This document shows positions 1-12,530 of a stretch of 64,000 bases of DNA, in pieces. Below the pieces are notes generated by a model. That model was not told the DNA's origin and ran no database searches. It saw nothing but the letters and a program-made list of their open reading frames with translations. Source of the stretch: Callorhinchus milii (lineage: Eukaryota). The stretch lies in assembly GCF_018977255.1 (NCBI RefSeq), contig NW_024704745.1, positions 58,838,001 through 58,902,000 on the forward strand. The letters run 5' to 3'. The translations under genes and the position numbers were made by a program. Numbering within the stretch: position 1 is the first letter of the stretch; every line of letters starts with the position of its first letter.

Positions 1-116
1 AGAACCTGCATTGGAGTGTCAGCTAAACTGAACTCAAAATCCCGACTTGGAACTTGAACCCATAACCTTCACTTTCAGAGGCGAGAGTGTTCCCACATAA
101 GTAAGGCTGGCACCTG
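1..116 (-). mobile_element. SacSINE1-like DeuSINE, 5' tRNA-derived head (cut by window edge)
   Basis: Plus-strand 'ttggagtgtcagcta...cttgaacccataacc...tcagaggcgagagtg' matches the other long-SINE heads in the window (e.g. 34365-34460) in reverse; B-box GGTTCAAG on minus. Confidence 0.7.
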
Positions 117-2348
117 ACTATTGAGATTACAGAGCAGGCTTTTCCAGCAGCCTAACCTGCTTGAAAACTCCTTTGTGTGCAGACCATGCATCTTTCAAAC
201 ATTGGCTAATCCCATCTATCTTTTTAATACAATATGGAAAATGTAAAAGAATTTAGGTCTGAATTTATAAGCTGATGCAATATGGTGGATGAACTGTCAC
301 AACATCCAACATCAACCTCTACCTGTGGTTATCTGCCTCTCTCTATCTACCGCTTGTTTGTGCAAGGAGCATGTGAATTATTTAGAATTATGGGTTTGGT
401 TTATAATGTATTCTTGTACTGTTATTTTTGCCTAGATAATAAAAATCACCATGTTTCCAAAGTAACTAATTGGATACGTTTCAATGTGATTAGTTTTAAA
501 ATGAAATACACACGTTATTTCATCATTATGACTTGTTTTTATTCTGGACCTGTTAGTCCTTTGCCTTAGCATTCATAACTCTACTGTTTGGCAAATTCAT
601 GCAGATTAAATTTAAATGCAGTATTGCAAGGCTTTCTTGCTTGACATAAATGTTCATTGATTTGGAAAGAAGAGAAAATTTGTAGTGTTGAAGACGGGCA
701 AAGCTACTTCAGTATATATTTGTAATGAGGGTGAGCTGTAAAGCACCAGTAACCCTTTTCCACATGCTATATGTGTTGATAGCAGTGGCCTTCCAGCTGA
801 AAGAAACCAAATTTTTAATAAAATGATGAAAGGCAAGTGAAAGCATAATTATCAAAACTGACATCACAACTATAACCCTTACACCTAGCTACTCACAAAA
901 AACAAAGTATTTTAGAAATCATTCTAAATCCTCCACTGAATGTAAGAGAGACAACAACCAACCTGAAAACATGAAAACAAATATGTAAGAGTTTTACCCC
1001 CATTTAGAAACCAAGTAAAACTCAGTGCTGAAACAATTACTGGTACAGTCTAAAAAACTGCAATACAGAGTAGCTCCATTAAGTTTATTATTGACAATAG
1101 TTCTCATATTTTACAATAATAATCATCCTTCCATTCGATAAATAGGAATAATAATATAGTGCCTTCACCGCGATGTCTCAAAGAGCTTTACAGGATTTTA
1201 CTGTGAGGTGACTATATATTTGAAGGCAAATAAGGCAACCAATGATTTGATATGAAAGATATCAAATGGCATTAAATAAGAATAAATAGTTTTCAATTAT
1301 GGTGGTTGAATTTAGTGTGGTAAGTGTTTAGTGATTTCATTGGGAAGATACATGAGCTAAAGCAACCAGGCCTCATCTGGACACATTCTGTAGTACCTAT
1401 TGTCTGTCCTTGCTGGTAGGATGGGCAGCAAGAGGAGACAGTGGCTTTTATGGGTACAAATGTGTTTCCTCACTAGTGATTTGCAGTTCAGCTTCAAAGT
1501 GATGAATGGTTGAAAGCTGCAGTCTTCTGTGGCAAATCGGTTCAGTTATACGGTTGCAAGGAGTCAGCGTTCATTTGAAGTGATGTAAGCCATCATTATT
1601 GCACCGTAGGAATCGGCAAATCACAATTGAAAGAAGAGTAGAAGACAACTTAAACAGAGATTTGCAAAAGTAAAATCCTGAACTGCCCAGGGGGGGTGAA
1701 ATAACCAATGGAGATTTTGTTTCTCTAGCTCAGTATTCACACTGGGCTCAGCAGTGCTCTCTCTCTCTTCTCCCTCTGTTCTTATGACTGAGTTCACTTT
1801 CTATTTGATCATTTGCAAATAACTTTAGCATTTGCCCTTCATCTAGAAACAGCTGGTTCTCATCTTGTAGAGGTTCAATATTTATCCCATCAAATATACC
1901 TGGAAGTGCTGGAGGCGGATACCTTTTCTCCGTTCCAATCTCAAACAGAGGTTTCTCTAAACCAGGCCTGTGGCATTAGACATCTACATTACAGTTTTTG
2001 ACTGCCTACTAGTAGGATACTGGCTTTTTGAGTTTGTTTACTGGAAAGTCGATATCCAGAGAAACAGCATTTGAGATTCATATGTGCAGTCTAGACAATG
2101 GTAGTCAGAAAGAACAAAAGCTCTGCGTTTAATACGTGCTGTAGCAGGTGAGCGAGCATTATCTATAACTGAAACAATTATTCAATTCCAAATTCTTTAA
2201 CTTCAATATATTTATATCTGAAATGATTTTCTAAATATGGTACTTATTGCAAGGAAAGCAGCATTTTCATTAACTTCCTTTTAATTATGAAAAAAAATAG
2301 AAGTCACTGGGATCACTCAACAAGTCAGGCAGCATCTATGGAGAAAGG

Positions 2349-2383
2349 AAACTTTTCGAGTCCACAAGCCTTCGTCAGAACTG
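2349..2383 (-). ncRNA. Second, more degenerate minimal hammerhead-like motif (inverted arm)
   Basis: Minus strand reads cagtt-CTGACGA-A-ggcttgtggactc-GAAA-agtt; stem II and helix III are mutated. Confidence 0.4.
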
Positions 2384-2390
2384 ACCCTTC

Positions 2391-2427
2391 AGTACTGATG
2401 AAAGGTTGTGGACCCGAAACGTTGACT
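2391..2427 (+). ncRNA. Minimal type I hammerhead ribozyme-like motif
   Basis: CTGATGA (2395-2401), A, AGGT-tgtgg-ACCC stem II, GAAA (2416-2419), CG, TT. Palindromic ACGT helix III; stem I agt/act. Confidence 0.6.
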
Positions 2428-2570
2428 CACTTTCCTTTCTCCATAGATGCTGCCTGACCTACTGAGTGTTCCCAGCGACTTCTGTTTTTGTTTCAGATTT
2501 CCAGCATCTGCACTATACTGCGCTTTGTTCTCCTTTTAATTTTGTTTGACTAACAGTGGGAGCTTAACAG

Positions 2571-2894
2571 TAATAATAATAATCCTTATATTTGGTGTAG
2601 TGAGTTTCATGTCAGGATATCCCAAAGTTCTTCACAGGATATAGTGTAAAGTGAAGTGATCCACAAACTGCCATGGAATGAGTGATCAATTGTATTTGCA
2701 GGTATTTTGGCCAGGAGAAACCCTTCTCTTTTTGAATAGTGCCGTGGAATCTCTAACCTCCACCACAATAGGCAAACAGGACCTTGTTTTTAACATCTCA
2801 TGCAGAGGACGGCACCTCAGACAATGCAGCACACTCCTGGGACTGCATTGAGTTGTCAGCTTAGACGATATGAGTTCCACATCTCCACATGGGA
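2571..2894 (-). mobile_element. SacSINE1-like DeuSINE body and tail (head continues at ~3506-3575)
   Basis: (TAA)n tail at 2571; 'tttgaatagtgccgtggaatc', 'gacggcacctcagacaatgcagcacactcc' are the reverse complement of the long-SINE body. Confidence 0.75.
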
Positions 2895-3505
2895 TATCCT
2901 CCTTGGAGAGGAGGTAAGCGCAGATTCCTTGGAACTCAACTGCCTCCATGGTGACATGTTTCTCAATCGAATAATGGAACTGAGCTGTGGCGGACTCATG
3001 GGTCCGGTTCCTGAGCCAGGTGGGTCCACAGTATTCCAGGGCACTACTGATGGCAGCACAGCCAGCCTCTTTCATCAGCAGGACGTGGAAGGATAGGGAA
3101 TCATCCCACTCAGCTCCTGTTAATCCTGCAAGCCAAAGCCCTAACAGGCAGGGTGGTTTTAGCTGGACAAGCAGTGGGAAAGCTTGCTAGACAGTGATCT
3201 CAATGGTAAGTTATGTGGTTTTAGCTAGTTAGACTCCAGCAGTACCCCAACGCACATTCTGGGGTCCCAAAACTTTGGCTCTTGCCAACTTGCGCTTAGA
3301 ACTTTCCATAATTCAGTAAGTAGGATGCATGCCTGCAGGGAGAGAGGGCACATTCCATTCAAAGAATGTATCTCTGAAATTTTGATCTCTAGGTAGAATT
3401 TGCATGAAGTTCTCTGTTTGGTTTGGATATTCCTTTGTATGGTGAAGGGTTTCTACATGTGTCAGACACTCGGCTGACCAACCCCTTCCCCCCAATAACA
3501 AAAAA
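2895..3505. repeat. Unclassified dispersed repeat inserted in the DeuSINE
   Basis: Shares 'ggaggtaagcg..a.t..ccttgga.ct.aactg.ctcca.ggtgacat' and 'gttcctgagccagg' with 18590-18725. 2990-3350 is homologous in reverse to 44865-45405. Confidence 0.7.
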
Positions 3506-3575
3506 ACATGTGGGACTTGAACCTTCAATCTTCTGACTCAGGGACAACAGTGCTACCAGTAGAGCCAGGCTGACC
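3506..3575 (-). mobile_element. DeuSINE 5' head, separated from 2571-2894 by an insertion
   Basis: 'gtgggacttgaaccttcaatcttctgactcaggg...gtgctaccagtagagccaggctgac' is the reverse complement of the A/B-box head. Confidence 0.75.
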
Positions 3576-6246
3576 AACAATAATCCTTGGTACCGCATCT
3601 GATGATAGTAAGCAGTGCAGTCAGTGAGGGTGCACAGCCATCTTTGATGTTCTTTGCCAATTAAACAACACCAAATGGACTTTGAATAAAGCTGTCATGA
3701 TCAAAACCATCATACGATTTAAATTAAATTCTTACCTGGCAACAATCTACTTTTTCTTATGAGTGAGTTTAGGAATAGGTGATTCCTGCACTTTGATTAA
3801 ATATTTTGGTCTATGTCCTCGGCATTTAATAAGCAGGGGAGCTGTTTATTGCCTCATTTGTTGACTAACATGGTATCACTTAATTAGAGTTGTATATTGG
3901 AATAGCAAAGCTATGCTAGAACTAGCTTAAATCATGGAGTGAAGCAATTACCAGAGTTCATCTCTTCAGGGGGAAAAAAGAAATGAGTTGGAGATGCAGT
4001 GCTATCAGAACATTTACAAACAAAGCTGACGAGGTACGAATACATACAATTGATGGCCAATACATACAATACCTAATATCTGTGCTCCACAAAGTGAATA
4101 ATATTAAGATTAATTTAACATCAAACGTTTAACCATTGAACTATCTCATTTGAGTGACAACTTATGAAAAAGACAAATAAATGTTCATTATAAAATGCTT
4201 TTTCTGGTAGTTTGCTATATTAGGCTGCAGAATTAAAACCAGTGTCAGTAAGTACTGTGCCATTTTGTGTACTGTAGTATAGGATTTGAGATTTGTCTAA
4301 GCTCTTATGGTTCAGTGCATAAATTTTTGGGCAAATGTGAAACGGAATCGTGTGAATATCCAGCTCCTAGGACAATAATGGGGTGAATCACAATGCAATT
4401 CATACTTACAAATAGCTTCTGATGATAACCAGAACTGTGTTTATGCTGACACCTTCATTTGAGAATTCCATTACAATTGCTGCAATTTAGATCCATTTGT
4501 GTTTCAGCAGTTGCACAATTTGGATCACGTTTTCCTTTAAACTTCCTTTTGTCAATACAAATGAATTCAGGTTTTTGAGTCTCTCTCCTCGTAACTTAGA
4601 AACCTAAGTCTTGAAATCATTCTTTTTTTCATCTCTGAACCCTTCCCAGTGTATCACAGTCCATTTGCAGCGAGTGAACCAACTAAGACCTTTAAAAAGG
4701 TAATGGGAATAATGGAGCCAGCACTGCAGTAAGTGGGAATCAAACGATTAATGAAACCATTTCTTCCCAGTGATCTCAGGATCAAGGCTCCAATGCTGGC
4801 TCAAACCTGACTTATACTTAACATTTTGCAGTAAATCACACAATAATCTCTGCAGGACTTGAATCAGGTATTTTGATGTAATTGATTGCCCTCAAGACCA
4901 ATTTGTGTTAAGTCTCAATTCCTTAAATAACATTCACTTAGCCCTGTGAGAATTCACAACCTTCTTCAGATTCACTGTTCAAAAGTGAGCAACATCTGGC
5001 TTACTTTCATAGCATGGGGATGCCTTGACATCCACAACAACAACAACTTGCACTTATATAGGGCCCTCCAAGCAGGGCAGTGTCTTAGAGCTCTTGACAT
5101 CCCTAAAAAGCAAGTGATTTGCTCTGCTTCTGCACTGAAATGCTAACCAGAGCCGCGTGCAGTACCTGGAGTGGAACGAGGTCTACTACAGATTATAAAA
5201 TTGCACTTGGCTGAGTTTTTCCACTCAACTCAGGAAAAAAATCGGCAAATCCATTATCCACCAAATGGAATTGCTTCAGCACTGTTATGCCCTATTAGAA
5301 TGCAACACATGTGAAGAGGACTGAGGTGTAACTGAGAGGTTTTATTAGGAAGCCATGTCGTTTACTCAAGTTGTACGGCATCCTTGACGGCTTCTCATGC
5401 CTCTTTCCATACTCTTGCTTTCTATATGTATTTCCTAAAGCTGTGGCAGGTCCCTCATCCTAATCTTCTTGTGCTTGTAATATCCATCTTGTTATACAAA
5501 GGGCTGTATAGCGTCACTCAACCTGGCAGACTCATTTTCTGTCCTCTAGTTTTGCGCTTCTAGGTACAAATACGAAATTGGATAGTTTGCATTATATCGG
5601 TATCATTAAAAAATCATTGTTAAAGGCACTCATGCCTGCCCAGTTGCTAAAACACTTGGATCTAGAGGTTTGCAGATCATACTGTTATCCCAGGACACAA
5701 AGGTACAAAAGACTGATCAAAGAGATTAAATCCTACTCTATGTAGCTAAAAGGATTTAAAAGCTTTATGCTGTACTTTTGGATTTATTCCTTATCCAAAT
5801 ACTAAGGTAGGCAAGAAAATTCCTAGAGGGATTACAAATTACAAATTCTTGGATTTGCTAAGGAATGAATAATTACCATGTAATGAATATCTTGTTTATG
5901 AAATTCAGATTCTTTAACTATTGAGTCAGAATTCCATTTGGAGATGTTAATCGCAATATGACAGTAATAATTAAAAGATTCTTTCTGATGAGACTTCAGC
6001 TGCGGAAAAAATGGGCCTTTGAATAAATGTTGCATTTTTGGGGAATTAGTAAACGTGTCTCATTCATAGACTTGCTTTGTGTTAAAAATATGATATTTTG
6101 TTAAAATTGATAGGTGTCAGTAGGTTGTGGGTTCAAGCCTCAGGACTTTGAACTCAATTAGGGCACCACTAAAATACAGTGCTGGGAGAGCTCAACCAAG
6201 GCCCCAACTGCCTATTGAGATGGATGTTGAAGAACCTATGGCACTA

Positions 6247-7046
6247 CAGTAAAACTCACCTTATCTTTATAAGTCGTACAATCGTCTAAGTCATACATTC
6301 ACCCGAGTCCCATTCAGTTTCCTCTCAAAACCACTTAGATTTGTTTGCACTACTCGTATTAATCACCTCCTAACTCATAACGCCACTCACCTACCCTCCA
6401 TTACTCTCACACTTACCAGTTGCATTGAATCACAGGAAATTACATTGTGACCTATCCACCCATTCGCACTTATCGAGCGGATGCGTTAAATCGTGGGAAA
6501 CCCAGGCTTGATCTGTCGTCAAGTGCGCAGAAGAACTTAATTTCCCACAATGTAGTGCTGGCCGGTAAGTGCACATGCGGCAACAACAACAACAACAAAG
6601 CGCCTGTCATGCCGGGAGGACATCCCGAGGTGGAGGATAGACAGAGTTTCAGACCTGAGCTGGGGGTCGGGGTCGGGGAGTGTGCAGGGAGATCAAACAC
6701 GTGGTCGAAGAGGAGGGTCTTGAAATGGGTCTTGAAGGAGGCCAGAGGGTGGGGGCAGAGTGGCAGAAGGCCCTTCCGCCAATAGTGGGGATAGCGAGGC
6801 AAGATGCATTGAATCGCAGGAAACATCAATGCATGTTTTGACCCATCAACACATGTGCACTTACTGGTTGCAGTGACAAACTGCTGCATGCACACTTTCC
6901 AGCTACATTGAATTATGCATGTGCAGTGTAGATTATTGATTAAATCAGATTTTATCCGATTTATACAGTTTGCTTGCAACGGGACTTCGTGTAAGTCATA
7001 CTAAATATTTTGGTCCCGAATGATACAACTTGTTTGAGTTTTACTA
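6247..7046. mobile_element. Tc1/mariner-superfamily (pogo/Tigger-like) MITE
   Basis: TIRs CAGTAAAACTCA (6247) and TGAGTTTTACTA (7035-7046, terminal G>A). TA duplicated at 6245-6246 and 7047-7048. Internal repeats 'tgcattgaatc.caggaaa' at ~6421 and ~6805. Confidence 0.75.
6581..6795 (-). mobile_element. L2 LINE 3' end inside the MITE
   Basis: (CAA)n tail, 'gcgcctgtcatgccgggaggacatccc' stem-loop, minus ORF contains SFKTHFKTLLF (L2 ORF2 C-terminus). Confidence 0.8.
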
Positions 7047-7669
7047 TATTCGAAAAGAGAAGAGAGTTGTTTTTCCTGGTGTCCTGGCCAAACCCGTCTC
7101 CCCCCCAGATAAAATTGCTCATTCACTTCATACCATTTTATGGGATATTGCTGTGTGAAAATTGGCTACCGTGTTCACCTGCAAGTATTCAGTAAAATCC
7201 TGTGAAGTACTTTGCGACTTCTCAACGATGTGACAAAGTGCTATGTTAAATGCATCTTGTTGTGCACAAGATGGCTGTAATGTTTGCGTACAAATACAAG
7301 TCCCTATACTATACAGTAATTGTGGAGTGTTTTAAAGTATTTAATTGCACTGTAAAAAGACAAGTTCTTTCTATCTTTTAATAGTATGTCAGCATTGGTG
7401 CTTTGCGCAATTTGGATAATGACTGTGTGTTGCAAATTTAATGCCTGTTGGCTAGTAATTGTAGTTTTTGAAAAAAATATTTAAAAGAATCCTTTTATTA
7501 AGATGTATCTGAATCCATAAATAATTGTACTTTACATAGTGCAGTTTCTGCACTCGATATTATAATGGCTCTATGTGGGTCCAAGCTTATAGTATCAGAG
7601 CATCATGTCTTTAGAGAATGTAATTTGAATAATGAATTACTTAAGTAATATTTGCTAAATATTTTGCAT

Positions 7670-8015
7670 CCGACTTCAGTCTCACCTCTGATTCAAAAGA
7701 TTTGGGGTTTAAGTCCCAAGTTGGGAAATGAGCTCAGTGTACACTGACAATACAATGCAGTTCTGGCGGAGTTCTGCATTGTTTTTCAGATGAAACATTA
7801 AACTGAAGTCCTATCTGCTTGTACTCATGGATATTAAAGATCACATGGCTCTATTCAATGAAATGAAGTTTCTCCTGATGTTCTGGCTAGCAATTCCCCA
7901 GATAAAATTGGTCATTCACTTTATGGCTGTTTGTGCATTTTAGCAAATTGGTTGTTGCAGTTGTCTGCAAAATACACAGGCGTTACAATTTACAGCAATT
8001 CCTGCTACTTTGGGA
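7670..8015 (+). mobile_element. Old SacSINE1-like DeuSINE
   Basis: 'ttcagatgaaacattaaactgaagtcc...aaagatcacatggctctattc...cccagataaaattggtcattcac'. Confidence 0.7.
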
Positions 8016-9489
8016 TCATTAGACCTTAGGTTACCAACAAGGTTAAGTATACTGGACTTGTTTACCAAAAGCAGCTTGAATAATAATCCTTGCATTTGAT
8101 ATAGTGCCTTATCATGTCATTAAAGATATCTCAACATGCTTCACAGAATATACTATAAAGTGGATTGACTGTGTAGTTTGTGAATCTGTGACTGGACAAC
8201 AATAGGTGGGTATTCTAGAAGGATGAGATCAAATGGACTTTTGTTCATCTGAATCTCTTGTGAGTATCTTTTCCTTTTGTGCTTTGGACATAATTCTATT
8301 GTGCTTAAATAAAATCATGCGAGGAGAAAAGCAAGAACATTGGTTGTATTTGTGTAACAATACATCAACACAAAATTTCTGTCAATAGACAGGTCCTATT
8401 AAATTATAGACTGGCTTTTACTTTCAAAGATGACAGCCGCTTCATATCCTTACAAAATTTTGTGACATATATAATCTGATTTCCTTCTTTTAAGGAAGAG
8501 ACCTAAAAAGAGGAATGCTGTGGGTTTTCGAGAGTAGTTTAGAACTAGCCATTTGAATTTTCAAAAGCAAATGAATAATTTTTACTGTAAAGTGCACGAT
8601 TTCAGAACCTCTTTCCAATCTTCAAAAGGCTTGCTTTTCATAAGTTCAATCTGCTTGCTGTAAAATTTCCCTGCTATTAAACCACATGAATTCTTTCTTT
8701 TCCAGCTACCCAGCTACTTTTATTACTTTCAAGGGCTGCCTGAGTATTTATAACTCATTGTATGATTCCAGAAAGATCTGCGGGAGAAGAATATAATTCA
8801 GAAAGGGGTGCGGGTGGGGTGAAAGGAGAAGGGAAGATTGCATTGAGAGTGTTGCATTTTTTAAAATCTCTGCACAGCTTAGTCCTGCTCTAACTAAAGT
8901 TGTTAAAGTCTGATTTTATTATTACAATATCCCCCTTCAATTAAAAAAGTTAAAAAAGAAAATGGTGAAAATGTCACTTTCTAATTTTCCCTGCCCAAAT
9001 GAAATATTTAAACTTTGCATATTAAAATGTGTGCAGCCCCTTAGAGGATTAATGGAGGTAGCACATGTGGTTCAACTGTGAAAATGCTTTATCTACGCAG
9101 AAGGACAATTGATGGCGATCCAATGCAGTCTTTTGTTGCAGAGAAGAGAACAGAAGGTTTCTCCAAATTCTTTTGAAGAGGGTCACACACATTGCTCTCA
9201 TTTGCTGTTACATTCCAGTGTTGTAAATTGATTTGAAATCCCTGATAAATGCAGGCTTGTGATCCAACAAAGTAATTAGTCTTCTTTTAAAAAAGGCTAA
9301 CAAACCTCAGAATTTTTGTTTCTTTTAAATATCATTTAGAAAGCAGGTGAACGACCAGGTCAATTGGGGAGATAAATGGTTTGCAAATTCATAAGTGGCT
9401 GACGCACACTGACATTTTTAAATGCTTACCTTTTGTAGAAAAGTTCAAAAAAGTTAGCCAGTTTATTGTGTGAGAGCAGCAAAGGGAAT

Positions 9490-9730
9490 AATAGTAATAA
9501 TAATATCATCGCTTTGATATAGCACTTTATCATCATTGAGACATCTCAAAGCAGTTCACAGGACATGGGGTTTGAACCTACGAACCTTCTGACTCAGAGG
9601 TGAGAGTGCTATCACTCCGCCAAGCTGACATACAAACCATTTCCCCTGGAAAGTGATCTACCAATTGACTAGCAACTGGGTTCCTACTTACTGCTGGCCA
9701 AACAGAAGGCATTTGGAGTAAGGAAACGTG
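9490..9730 (-). mobile_element. DeuSINE fragments (tail, head and SINE2-type body)
   Basis: 'gagacatctcaaagcagttcacag', 'ttgaacctacgaaccttctgactcagagg', 'gcaactgggttcctacttactgct'. Confidence 0.6.
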
Positions 9731-10554
9731 CCTTTTGGCAAAGGTTTTGCAATGCCTAGGATACAATGTACTTGCACTTGTTTCTGGTCAAAGTAGGATT
9801 CTCAGCTTGATGTTGGTGTATTTTGTTAACTCAATATGCAACACTTTATGCACAGTGCTCCCTTTAAACCGATGATTACTGTAGGATGAGAATAAGCTCA
9901 AAGAAGGTTTCAAAATCAAACTTGGATAACATTTAAGTTGGTGGAGGAAATCAGATTGTTTCTGTATTTTCTTTATTCTACTTCCTCCCATTAATATCTG
10001 AGTGTCATGTGATTGGAATAATTAGTTTTTTAATCTTCTCTTTGTTTATAACTTATGCCATTTTACTTAAATTGGATCAAAAGGAAAGTAGTTTCCATCT
10101 GGGTTTAAATTTTCTGTTTATTAATGGCAAAATTGCTTTGGTGTCCATTTCTGTGATGGGCAGGGAGAAATCTGTCCATGATGTATATTTCTGTGCAGTT
10201 TCTAAAGATTATCTACAAAATACAGTTTTTACACTTTACAACCACTGCTATTTACATTGTTGTAAATGTTTGTAAATGACATTATGTCAAATGACACGTG
10301 TTAAGGCAATATATCGATTGCAAGATTATTATTATTATCATTATACATGATGGACACTATATAAATGCAAGTCGTTTACAATAAATTCTGTGAAGCGCGT
10401 TGAGATGTCCTCCCAACATGAAAGGTGCTATATCAAATACAAATAATTTTCTTATGCACCAGGAACACTTTAATGATCAAAGAGCTATTTGCTCCTGATC
10501 TCCAGGTGTAGAAGGTGTGCCTAGCATCGTGTCGGAGGTATAAGAGGTGTACAT

Positions 10555-10775
10555 AGCAGTAAGTAGGAATCCAGTTGTTAGTCGATCGGTGGATCGCTTT
10601 TCCAGGGGTAATAATTCCTTNAAAAAAAAATAATTTGGCCACTTAATCCATGACTGCCGCATTTCATCCACAAAATATGCAGTCAATTCACTTTACAGTA
10701 TATTCTGTGAAGGGCTATGAGACGTCTTGAAGACGAGATAAGGCACTATGCAAGGATTATTATCATTATTATTAT
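10555..10775 (+). mobile_element. SINE2-1_CM-like DeuSINE, 5'-truncated
   Basis: Matches 31000-31270: 'agcagtaagtaggaatccagttg...cagtcaattcactttacagtatattctgtgaag...gagacgtcttgaagacg', (ATT)n tail. Confidence 0.75.
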
Positions 10776-11174
10776 TGATTTATTGCAAAAGACTTATTTA
10801 GGATTACATATTCAGAAAAATTCTACGTTTCCACGAGCAAGGAAGATGCAAACACTTTCAAAAGGGGGAAATCCCCATATCTTAAATATACTTTTTGATC
10901 TCAATATCTGAATTTGTTTTTAATATTCAGAAGTGGAGCTGGGATTCTGTAATGGGAATTCTGTGTGAGGGGCTAAATGCTCTCACAAGCATGCTTACTT
11001 CCTTTCAACAACAGAAATACCAACAACAACTTGCAGTTATATATCGCCCTTAAAGTTAGATAAAGTCTCGGAGTGCTTTACAATGATAGAGTTTAATATA
11101 AAACTGGAGGGAATGGAGGGTGGGAAAAGTGACATGGCTTTTTCAAGGTAGGTTTTAAGGCATGATTTAAAGAG

Positions 11175-12105
11175 AACAACAACAACTTGTACTGATATAG
11201 CGCCCTCTATGCAATGTAGAGTCTTATAGCACTTTATAGGGGCAGAGCCTGACTCCGAGCCGGGGGGAGTGGGGGAGGTGACAGTCAAAAAGGAAGGTTT
11301 TCAGGCGGGACTTGAAAAAGGGGAGAGAGGGGAAAGGTGGAGGAATTGAGGGAGACTGTTCCACAGTTTTGGGGCATAGTGGCTGAAAGCGCAACCTCTA
11401 ATGGTGGAGCGGGAGGCACGAGGGGCGAACAGGAGGCTGGTGCCAGTCGAGCGGAGGCACCGGGTGGTGGATTGGGGAGTGAGGGGGTTGGAGAGGTAGA
11501 GTGGTGCCAGGGAATGAATGGATTTGAACACAAGTGTGAGAATCTTGAAGTCAATCGTTCGGTGATGGGGAGCCAGTGGAGCCTGGCCAGAACTGGTCAG
11601 ATGGGGGGACGGCATTTGGTCCAGGTAAGTATGCAAACAGCAGAGTTCTGAATGAGCTGGATTTTTGAATAGTGGAGCTGGGGAGAGCGGCAAGAATTGC
11701 GTTTGAGTAATCCAGGTGGAATGCGAGGGTATCGGTTGCATTTGAGGTAAGGTATGGGTCTGAGGCAGGCAGTGTGGCGGAGGTGGAGCAAGCGACTGGA
11801 TGTGGGGGAGGAGGGACAGCTGGGGGTCGAACTGAAAGCCTAGACTGCACACTGATTCGCTGAGTCTGAGAAAGAGCCCAGGGAGGTTAAGGAGTTTAGA
11901 TCGGCAGGAGTGAAGACATTGACGGGATCCAAGGAGTATGGTTCCGTCTTGTCCACATTCAGCTGCAGGAAGTTTACACTCATCTAGGTCCTAATGTCTG
12001 CCAGATAAGCTGATAGAATATCAGCGGATCTGGAGTCGATGCTGGATGAGGCAAAGCAGATTTTTATGTGTCATCCGCATACATGTGGAAGTTTATATAT
12101 GTGGA
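11175..12105 (-). mobile_element. L2 LINE 3' portion (RT YADD motif to tail)
   Basis: Minus 'aacttccacatgtatgcggatgac' = NFHMYADD at ~12070-12095. ORF 11301-11852 has IDFKILTLVFKSIHSLAP and AFSHYAPKLWNSLP. (CAA)n tail at 11175. Confidence 0.9.
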
Positions 12106-12530
12106 ATAACAACAACAAAATTACATTTGTTAAAGCGCCTTTCACGTAGGGAGGACATCCCAAGGCACTGAACAGTTGGGGATCGATCAGGACCTGAGTA
12201 CAGAAGGTAGGGTTGAGGTGAGGGAGGGCAGAGAGGTAGGTAGGAAGTCGATTGAAGGCACAGTCAAAAAGGAGGCCTTGAATCATGCCTTGAAAGTGGC
12301 AAGGGAGAGAGCAAGGTGAAGGAATTGTGGGATGGAATTCCAAGGGTGGGAGCAGAGAGCCTAAAAGACCGGCCACAAAATGGTAGGGCGGGTCGGGCAG
12401 GAGACATGTAGCAGGCCGGAGCCTGCTGAGTGGATAGCGTGGATAAGTTGATAGGGGGTCAGCAGGTCAGAGATATAGGAGGGGGCAAGGCAGTGGAGGG
12501 CCTTGAAGGTGAGGATGAGGATTTTGAATT

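Larger units (their letters stand above)
2287..2530. mobile_element. Palindromic (foldback) Penelope-type non-autonomous element with 11-bp TSD
   Basis: Arms ~2290-2383 and 2390-2490 are inverted (gtcaggcagcatctatggagaaaggaaa / tttcctttctccatagatgctgcctgac). TCCTTTTAATT is repeated directly at 2276-2286 and 2531-2541. Resembles the common shark Penelope-derived palindrome. Confidence 0.8.
6115..7260 (+). mobile_element. SacSINE1-like DeuSINE split by a MITE at a TA
   Basis: 5' part ends 'gaacctatggcacTA' (6246); 3' part resumes 'TAttcgaaaag...ggtgtcctggcc...tgggatattgctgtgtgaaaattggct' (Deu domain). Confidence 0.75.

Noticed and set aside
10621-10621. Single N bases (10621, 14255)
   Set aside because: Assembly ambiguities next to homopolymers, not biological features.
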